Program-made: the position numbers and the translations under genes
Assembly: GCA_964483545.1 (NCBI GenBank)
Contig: CAZACC010000001.1
Coordinates: forward strand, 5,883 to 69,882
Reading direction: 5' to 3'
Origin: an uncultured Lachnospiraceae bacterium
GTDB lineage: Bacteria; Bacillota; Clostridia; Lachnospirales; Lachnospiraceae
Length of the DNA stretch: 64,000 nucleotides
Notes under the pieces: generated by a model
Told to the model about the DNA's origin: nothing
The model's input: only the letters and a program-made list of their open reading frames with translations
Database searches by the model: none
Shown here: positions 57,695-64,000 of the stretch, piece after piece
How the letters are laid out: each line of letters opens with the position of its first letter
Position numbering within the stretch: position 1 is the first letter of the stretch

Positions 57695-58381
57695 ATGAAA
57701 GAATACTTGTATGAAGGACTATTGAACAGTTCGGGTTCTTTAACACTTAGGGATGTCATTATCAATTTTGCTGCGGCATGTATTATCAGCCTCCTAATCT
57801 TTATCTCCTATCGATTGACACATTCGGGAGTGGTATACAGCAAGAAATTTAATGTATCGCTGGTTATGCTTACCTTGATTACAACACTTGTAATGAACGT
57901 CATTGGGAATAACATAGCACTTTCTCTTGGTATGGTAGGAGCACTTTCCATTGTTAGATTTCGAACGGCAATTAAGGATTCCAGAGATACAGCCTATATT
58001 TTCTGGGCAATTGCTGTCGGTATCTGCTGTGGAGTATCAGATTATTTAGTTGCTGGTATTGGAACGTTTGTTATTTTTTTAGTTCTAGTCCTGTTCGGAG
58101 TGGTAAAGGATAATGAACGAATCATGATTATTATAAAAACGGATTCAGAAATGATTAAGATGGTTGATGTAAGTGTGACCTCTCTTTTTGATGGTAAGGC
58201 AGTGTTGCGTGTTCAAAACAACTCGGTAGAATCCGGTGTAGCAGAGATGATATATGAAGCATCTGATAGCATTCTCATAAAAACGGAAAAAAAGAATGGC
58301 TCTGTTATTAGAAAATTGTCAGAAATTGACGGGGTGTATACTGTCAGCATCGTACAGCAGGATGATGAAATCAGCCAGTAG
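57695..58381 (+). CDS. DUF4956-like membrane protein
   Basis: About 4 TM helices with the conserved-looking GALSIVRFRTAIKDSRDTAYIFWAIAVG block, plus a C-terminal soluble domain of about 90 aa. Confidence 0.55.
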   Translation: MKEYLYEGLLNSSGSLTLRDVIINFAAACIISLLIFISYRLTHSGVVYSKKFNVSLVMLTLITTLVMNVIGNNIALSLGMVGALSIVRFRTAIKDSRDTAYIFWAIAVGICCGVSDYLVAGIGTFVIFLVLVLFGVVKDNERIMIIIKTDSEMIKMVDVSVTSLFDGKAVLRVQNNSVESGVAEMIYEASDSILIKTEKKNGSVIRKLSEIDGVYTVSIVQQDDEISQ

Positions 58382-58392
58382 GGGGATAATTC

Positions 58393-60009
58393 ATGTTTTA
58401 TAACAAACGAGTGGTCTGGATCCTGACTGTCGGAATGATAGGAATACTGTCTCTGCTTGTGCTGAGCCTGATTCGGGTGGAATTTGATCATATAGAAAAT
58501 GGGAATGATGGCAGCTATCATAGACTAGCAAAAGATACATCTGCAGAAGATCCGCTAAAGTATATACAAGAGGACTTTTTAGTTACGGAGGGCTTTCATA
58601 CGAATCTTCCTATTGTCATACTGTCCATTGATGGAGAAATCCCAGATTATAAGAACTTTGAGAATAGTCAGGAAGTTGTTTTTGATGGTGTAGACCCTTA
58701 TATAACAGGAAATATGGCAGTGATTGACCGAGGAAAAAATGACAATTTCCTGACGGATACACCTTCTTATTTTGGACAGATTAAGCTTAAGAAGAGGGGC
58801 CACACTTCGTATTCTTATGATAAACTACAGTATCTTGTGAAAACAGTAAAAGCAGATGGCACAGATGACAGTCCAAATCTGTTAGGTATGGGTGAGGGTG
58901 ACAGTTGGATCTTAAACGGAAGCATGGCAGATAAGAGTATGATTCGTAATTATCTTCCTTACCGTATTGCATCTGAGATTGGTGGCAATCGGATGGCTCC
59001 GGATAGTCAGTTTTGTGAGGTATTGCTGAAAAAGGATCAAGGTTATGAGTATCAAGGTGTTTTTCTTTTGATGGAGACGGTATCAAGAGGGAGTTCGAGA
59101 GTCAATATTGATCAATACAGAGAGAAAAATATTTATTCCAGCTATATAGTGCGTCGTGACAGGTTTACTAATTTTGATGTGATGTTGGATACTTACGGTC
59201 GTCTCAATGGCTTTTCTGAGCAGTGGATTGGTATGAAATATCCGTCAGCAGCAAAATTGTCCGATCAGACGAAACAGTTTATTGAAAAGGATTTTTCTAA
59301 GACGGAGCAGATTCTGTATGCTGAAGACGAAGCAACTTTTAAGATTTATGATAAATATATCAATATTAATTCATTTGTTGATTATTTCTTAATCAATGAG
59401 TATTTTGGCAACTACGATGCAGGGGAACATTCAACTTATATGTATAAGAATTCTGGGGATCTTTTGAACATCGGTCCAGTGTGGGATTTTGACCAGGCAA
59501 TGAATAATTACTTTTTGGAAGAGATGAATGCAGAGACGCTTGCATTTCAGACAAAGCCTCTCTTTATTCAGTTAATGAATGATAAACGATTTATAGAAGC
59601 GTTGAAAGATCGGTACAGTAAACTCCGCAACAAGGCATTATCAGAGGAGCATGTTTTTTCCGTTATAGATGAGACAATTGAATACTTGAAATCTGCAAGG
59701 GTGAGAGAGTGGTATCGTTGGGCGGCAGATTATGAAGAAGGTTCCTTTGCTAATAACCATAATTATTACCTACAGGATTACGTTGTAGATAATGTAACTA
59801 TTAGTCGATTTAATGATAACTACAATCAGGAAATCTATAATATCAAGAATTATTTACATCAGCACGGACAGGTTATCCAGACCGAGTTGTCTAAGATGAG
59901 TAAGTCGGCAGAGTTTAATTCTTCGCTGAATAATGAGAATGAATTGTTGCTTTTGATTATCATGGTTCTGTTTTTGATTCCGTCATTTTTTATTAACAGA
60001 GAGGGTTAG
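58393..60009 (+). CDS. CotH-family kinase-like protein anchored by N- and C-terminal TM helices
   Basis: CotH-like blocks: LNGSMADKSMIRNYLPYRIASEIG, YQGVFLLMETV, INEYFGNYDAGEHSTYMYK, GPVWDFDQAM. Hydrophobic helices sit at residues about 8-27 and at the extreme C-terminus. Confidence 0.7.
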   Translation: MFYNKRVVWILTVGMIGILSLLVLSLIRVEFDHIENGNDGSYHRLAKDTSAEDPLKYIQEDFLVTEGFHTNLPIVILSIDGEIPDYKNFENSQEVVFDGVDPYITGNMAVIDRGKNDNFLTDTPSYFGQIKLKKRGHTSYSYDKLQYLVKTVKADGTDDSPNLLGMGEGDSWILNGSMADKSMIRNYLPYRIASEIGGNRMAPDSQFCEVLLKKDQGYEYQGVFLLMETVSRGSSRVNIDQYREKNIYSSYIVRRDRFTNFDVMLDTYGRLNGFSEQWIGMKYPSAAKLSDQTKQFIEKDFSKTEQILYAEDEATFKIYDKYININSFVDYFLINEYFGNYDAGEHSTYMYKNSGDLLNIGPVWDFDQAMNNYFLEEMNAETLAFQTKPLFIQLMNDKRFIEALKDRYSKLRNKALSEEHVFSVIDETIEYLKSARVREWYRWAADYEEGSFANNHNYYLQDYVVDNVTISRFNDNYNQEIYNIKNYLHQHGQVIQTELSKMSKSAEFNSSLNNENELLLLIIMVLFLIPSFFINREG

Positions 60010-60017
60010 GGATACAT

Positions 60018-60209
60018 ATGTGTTACAGCTGTAATTTGTTGCTTGCTTCCATAGTGGATTCTGAACAGGTAAAACCAAGAAGATTCTTTTTGATGGATTT
60101 TCAGGATCCGTATATCGTCTGGACATTTCGTATTGCAGCAATGCTGATTTTAGTAATTGCTTTGATCATATATGTAGTTAAAAGAAAGAATCAAAAGAAC
60201 GGAGAATGA
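60018..60209 (+). CDS. small single-TM protein
   Basis: 63-aa ORF with one helix (FRIAAMLILVIALIIYVV) and a basic tail. It fits tightly between CotH and MBOAT, with gaps of 8 and 3 nt. Confidence 0.35.
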   Translation: MCYSCNLLLASIVDSEQVKPRRFFLMDFQDPYIVWTFRIAAMLILVIALIIYVVKRKNQKNGE

Positions 60210-60212
60210 TCA

Positions 60213-61646
60213 ATGCTATTTTCCAGTATTGTATTTCTGTTTTATTTTCTGCCGATTGTATTTATACTTTATTATTTGCTAGCATTTTCCAGAATGCTTC
60301 AGAATATTCTGTTGCTCATAGCGAGCTTGATTTTCTATGCTTGGGGTGAGCCGGTTTATGTTTTTTTGATGCTAGCTTCGATTATCTTCAACTCGATCAT
60401 GGGGTATTTAGTAGAGAGACCGAAAAAAGCATCTGGAAAAAAAATAGCTTTGGTAGTTGATATCGTAGTAAATCTATTAGTGCTATTTGTATTTAAGTAT
60501 CTTGGATTTGTACTGAAATCAATTGGATTGGCTGCGAATCTTGATTTCTCAGAGTTTCAATTGTCATTACCGATTGGTATTTCTTTTTTTACATTTCAGG
60601 CACTATCCTATGTGATTGATGTATACCGTGGCACCACAAAAGCTGAGAATCCGTTCTATGTAGGACTATATATAGCATTTTTTCCGCAGTTGATTGCCGG
60701 ACCGATTGTGCAGTACAATACGGTTGCTGATCAGATCCGGAATAGAAAATCCAGTTTTGATAAAATCTCAGTCGGGCTAAGCCGGTTTACAGTAGGATTG
60801 GGGAAGAAAGTGCTCTTATCAAACTGTTTTGCAGCAATTGCAGATCATGTATTTGAGTGGTCGGCAATAGGAACAGACAGACTTCAGGTTCCAGTGATGC
60901 TGGCGTGGTTGGGAAGTATCTCATATACACTGCAGATTTATTTTGATTTCTCTGCTTATTCAGATATGGCAATCGGGTTGGGACTTTGCTTTGGTTTTAA
61001 ATTTGGAGAGAACTTTAATTATCCGTACATCGCAGATTCTGTTACGAACTTTTGGAAGCGGTGGCATATTTCATTGACTGACTGGTTTCATGATTATGTA
61101 TATTTTCCACTGGGTGGGAGTCGGGTTAATAATCAGGACTACATGGTGCGCAACATATTTATTGTATGGCTGCTGACTGGTATCTGGCACGGTGCCAACT
61201 GGACATTTATTTTCTGGGGATTGATGTATTTTGTATTTCAACTGGCTGAACGTTTTTTTGAGTATCCTAAGAAATTGAAGAGTAAGTTTGCAAAGCACTT
61301 ATATACATTGATGGTGGTCAATGCTGCGTGGGTCATATTCAGGGCTGATGATCTCTACCAGGCAGGAAGGTTTTTTATGAACATGCTTGGTGTCAACCGA
61401 AATGGGTTTTACAGTGAGACAGCAATGATGCTAATTCGTGAGAATTGGGTATTTCTTCTTTTGGGAGTTATTTTCTCCATGCCGGTTGCAAGAAATATGA
61501 ATGAGATCCTTTATAAGGATCCTAAATCCTGGATTAATAAATTGTATACGATTGTATATCCAATCGGATTGATGTTGATATTGGTCTTGTGTGTTTGTTA
61601 TTTGGCGAGCGGAACATATAATCCGTTTATTTATTTCAACTTCTAG
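60213..61646 (+). CDS. MBOAT family O-acyltransferase (AlgI/PatA/WssH-like)
   Basis: LPIGISFFTFQALSYVIDVYRG, FFPQLIAGPIVQY, YFDFSAYSDMAIG, FWKRWHISLTDWFHDYVYFPLGGSR, TGIWHGA. Confidence 0.9.
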   Translation: MLFSSIVFLFYFLPIVFILYYLLAFSRMLQNILLLIASLIFYAWGEPVYVFLMLASIIFNSIMGYLVERPKKASGKKIALVVDIVVNLLVLFVFKYLGFVLKSIGLAANLDFSEFQLSLPIGISFFTFQALSYVIDVYRGTTKAENPFYVGLYIAFFPQLIAGPIVQYNTVADQIRNRKSSFDKISVGLSRFTVGLGKKVLLSNCFAAIADHVFEWSAIGTDRLQVPVMLAWLGSISYTLQIYFDFSAYSDMAIGLGLCFGFKFGENFNYPYIADSVTNFWKRWHISLTDWFHDYVYFPLGGSRVNNQDYMVRNIFIVWLLTGIWHGANWTFIFWGLMYFVFQLAERFFEYPKKLKSKFAKHLYTLMVVNAAWVIFRADDLYQAGRFFMNMLGVNRNGFYSETAMMLIRENWVFLLLGVIFSMPVARNMNEILYKDPKSWINKLYTIVYPIGLMLILVLCVCYLASGTYNPFIYFNF

Positions 61647-61665
61647 GTGTGAGGCGACTGATACT

Positions 61666-62871
61666 ATGAAAAGTTATTTGCTGAAAAAAAGAATATTTGC
61701 TATTATATTTATGCTGACGGTCTTCGGATACTCTGCATTGAATATACAGCACACATACGAACCATTAATGACTTTACTGAAATCTTTGAAAACCATAGAT
61801 GTTGCAGAGATTGAGAACGAGATTTCAAGCAACTTGTACGAGAGAATTAAATTCATTGAAACATATGCATATATTCAGGTTCTGTTGGATAAGAGAGAAT
61901 GTAATAACTTTACTATGATCAGGGATGAGCAGAATTATCTGCACTATGCTTCTTTTTTTCGAGAGGGGGACACGCAGCTGTTTGAGTATGCAATGCGTGT
62001 AAAACGGCTGCAGGATTATGTCGAAGCAAACGGGACTAAGGTACTTTTCGTAGTAGCTCCGTCTAAATACTCTTCCAAGTATTCCGAGCTACGAGCTGGA
62101 ACACCCATCAATAATCCAGAGAGTACGGTAACAGAGCTTCTGTTTTATTTGAATCGTTTGGGAATAGAAACATTGAATCTAGGAGAGACAATGCCAAATG
62201 AGGATCTCTCTTATAAGGAGACTTTTTTTAAATCAGATCATCACTGGACAATCCCGGCAGCGTTCTATGCCACACAGAAGGTGACGGAACAGCTGCATGA
62301 AAGATTTGGATTGGATCTGGATCCGGAGCATTACTATATGAATCCGGACAGTTATCAACAGGTAACATATTATGGGGGAATGCTTGGCTCCATGGGAAGA
62401 AAAACCGGCGCTTGCTTTTCGGGGGTGGATGATTTTACGGCTTTTTGGCCGACTTTTGAAGGGGACTTTCATCGAGAGTCGATGACAAATGACGGTGCCA
62501 TCGTTAAGTCAAAGGGTTCCTTTGTGAAAGCATTTATGAATTTAGATGCACTGACGGATAAAGAGGATCTGTATTCTGGATCACAGTATTCTTTGTACCT
62601 GAACGAACTTCGTATTTATGAAAAAATCACAAATGATGAAAAACCGGACGGATGCAAAATGTTTATGATTAGAGACTCCTATTTTTCGCCGGTTATTGCC
62701 TTTATGATGCCAATGTGTGGTGAAATTGATGCCATTTGGTCCTTAGAGGAGTCTGATTATGTGGACATTGAGACTTATGTCAGAAACAATCAATTTGATT
62801 ATATCATTATTGAAGTTTATCCATATAACATCAATAGTGAAGCATTTAATTATTTCAAAGAAAAGGAGTGA
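61666..62871 (+). CDS. DHHW family protein (AlgJ/AlgX-like O-acetyltransferase partner)
   Basis: Start trimmed to MKSYLLKKRIFAIIFML (N-terminal anchor). The eponymous FFKSDHHWT motif is present. Confidence 0.7.
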   Translation: MKSYLLKKRIFAIIFMLTVFGYSALNIQHTYEPLMTLLKSLKTIDVAEIENEISSNLYERIKFIETYAYIQVLLDKRECNNFTMIRDEQNYLHYASFFREGDTQLFEYAMRVKRLQDYVEANGTKVLFVVAPSKYSSKYSELRAGTPINNPESTVTELLFYLNRLGIETLNLGETMPNEDLSYKETFFKSDHHWTIPAAFYATQKVTEQLHERFGLDLDPEHYYMNPDSYQQVTYYGGMLGSMGRKTGACFSGVDDFTAFWPTFEGDFHRESMTNDGAIVKSKGSFVKAFMNLDALTDKEDLYSGSQYSLYLNELRIYEKITNDEKPDGCKMFMIRDSYFSPVIAFMMPMCGEIDAIWSLEESDYVDIETYVRNNQFDYIIIEVYPYNINSEAFNYFKEKE

Positions 62872-62879
62872 GAAGAGAG

Positions 62880-64000
62880 ATGGCTAAATTCAATACAAGA
62901 CTACATAATGCAAAAGGAAAAGCATGGTTTCTGATAAATATGTTTTTTACGATTGTATATTTAATCTGGAGAATCTTCTTTACTATACCTTTAGAATATG
63001 GATGGGTGTCCATTGTTGCGGGTATTGCATTACTGATCGTAGAGGTGTTGGGAATGGTGGAAGCATTTATTCATTATGCCAATATGTATAACGTTGAGAA
63101 CTATCCTCTGCCAGTGGTTCCGATTGAACGTTACCCAGATGTCGATGTTTTTATTGCAACCTACAGCGAAGAAACAAGGCTTCTTTATAAAACGATTAAT
63201 GGATGCCGATACATGGATTATCCGGATAAGAGCAAGGTACATATTTATCTGTGTGATGACAACAGACGCCCTGAAATGAAAGAACTTGCAGAGAAGATGG
63301 GTATTAATTATTTGGACAGACCCGATAATGAAGGAGCGAAGGCAGGCAATTTGAATCATGCAATGGCACATAGTCAATCGCCGCTTGTTGTAACGCTTGA
63401 TGCAGATATGATTCCAAAACGGGATTTTCTGATGAAGACCGTTCCGTATTTTGTGGACAATGAAATCAAAAATGAGGGAAGAAAGGATGAGGATAAGATT
63501 AAAATTGGCTTTGTTCAGACGCCTCAGTGCTTCTATAATCCGGACTTGTTTCAGTTCAATCTGTTCTCTGAAGGACGTATTCCGAACGAACAGGATTATT
63601 TTTATAAGGACATACAGGTTGCAAGAACGCGTAGCAACAGTGTAATCTATGGTGGATCCAACACAGTTCTGCGGAGAGAGGCAATTAACGATGTTGGTGG
63701 ATTCTATACCGATGCTATAACAGAGGATTTTGCTACTGGAATCTTGATGGAAAAGAAGGGCTATGTCTCTTTGGGGATTGGGGAACCTTTGGCATCTGGG
63801 ATGTCACCGACTGATTTGCAGGGCTTGATCCAGCAGCGTACCCGTTGGGCAAGAGGTGTGATTGCTACCGGAAGAAAAATGCACATTTATACATCTTCGG
63901 ACTTGTCCTTTTCACAAAAGATGAATTACTGGGCATCCATATGGTATTGGTATGCACCGCTTAAGAGATTAATTTATATAATGTCACCAATTCTGTTTGC
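62880..64000 (+). CDS. bcsA: cellulose synthase-like catalytic subunit (BcsA-type GT2), 3' end outside the window
   Basis: My own translation from the ATG at 62880; the ORF is absent from the track because no stop occurs in the window. DVFIATYSEE, LCDDNRRPE, KAGNLNHA, TLDADMIP, VQTPQCFYNPD, ITEDFATG, QQRTRWARG. Confidence 0.85.
   Translation, partial: MAKFNTRLHNAKGKAWFLINMFFTIVYLIWRIFFTIPLEYGWVSIVAGIALLIVEVLGMVEAFIHYANMYNVENYPLPVVPIERYPDVDVFIATYSEETRLLYKTINGCRYMDYPDKSKVHIYLCDDNRRPEMKELAEKMGINYLDRPDNEGAKAGNLNHAMAHSQSPLVVTLDADMIPKRDFLMKTVPYFVDNEIKNEGRKDEDKIKIGFVQTPQCFYNPDLFQFNLFSEGRIPNEQDYFYKDIQVARTRSNSVIYGGSNTVLRREAINDVGGFYTDAITEDFATGILMEKKGYVSLGIGEPLASGMSPTDLQGLIQQRTRWARGVIATGRKMHIYTSSDLSFSQKMNYWASIWYWYAPLKRLIYIMSPILF

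Noticed and set aside
60093-60209. Shorter 38-aa version of the small TM ORF, starting at MDFQDP.
   Set aside because: No RBS precedes that ATG, whereas the ATG at 60018 follows AGGGA. Either way the gene call itself is low confidence.
1-64000. Searched by eye for CRISPR arrays, tRNA/rRNA genes, transposases, integrases, phage genes and classic defence-system domains.
   Set aside because: No non-coding gap exceeds about 360 nt, none shows spaced identical repeats or a cloverleaf-like sequence, and no ORF has recombinase or nuclease-helicase motifs. This was not an exhaustive computational scan.

Overview
The window looks like an AT-rich Firmicutes chromosome, probably a Clostridia or Lachnospiraceae-like gut anaerobe. 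The taxon is inferred only from gene content and synteny. It is densely coding, with about 55 genes, and I recognised no rRNA, tRNA, CRISPR array, transposase or integrase. Housekeeping content: MATE pump, thiamine diphosphokinase, metA, greA, a pheA/aroF operon, ABC-F ATPase, DegV, an oadB-like Na+ pump subunit, a trimeric HydABC-type [FeFe] hydrogenase and ftsH. There is also a LytS/YesN-type sugar-sensing module with a ChvE/GguAB-like ABC importer, then uvrC-hprK-glcK-murB-rapZ-whiA-crh-dagK and a cyclophilin. Three cell-envelope glycan regions stand out. (i) 3.4-10.3 kb holds a decayed MBOAT cassette, a GT-C-like membrane protein with a ricin-type lectin tail, a GT2 and a DUF4422 protein. 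(ii) 26.1-35.6 kb holds a processive GT2 synthase whose N-terminus carries three tandem MshEN-type (c-di-GMP receptor) modules. It is followed by a BcsB-like protein and a sugar nucleotidyltransferase, with a convergent MBOAT/DltD-like pair. (iii) 56.4 to beyond 64 kb is one tightly packed operon. It joins a VTC (polyphosphate-polymerase-like) domain protein, a DUF4956 membrane protein and a doubly membrane-anchored CotH-family kinase-like protein to an MBOAT, a DHHW protein and a BcsA-type cellulose synthase that is cut by the window end. I rate (ii) and (iii) as the best candidates for undescribed systems. A Phe-rich leader peptide with an intrinsic terminator upstream of aroF-pheA suggests ribosome-mediated attenuation. 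All functional calls rest on motifs recognised by eye; no searches were run.
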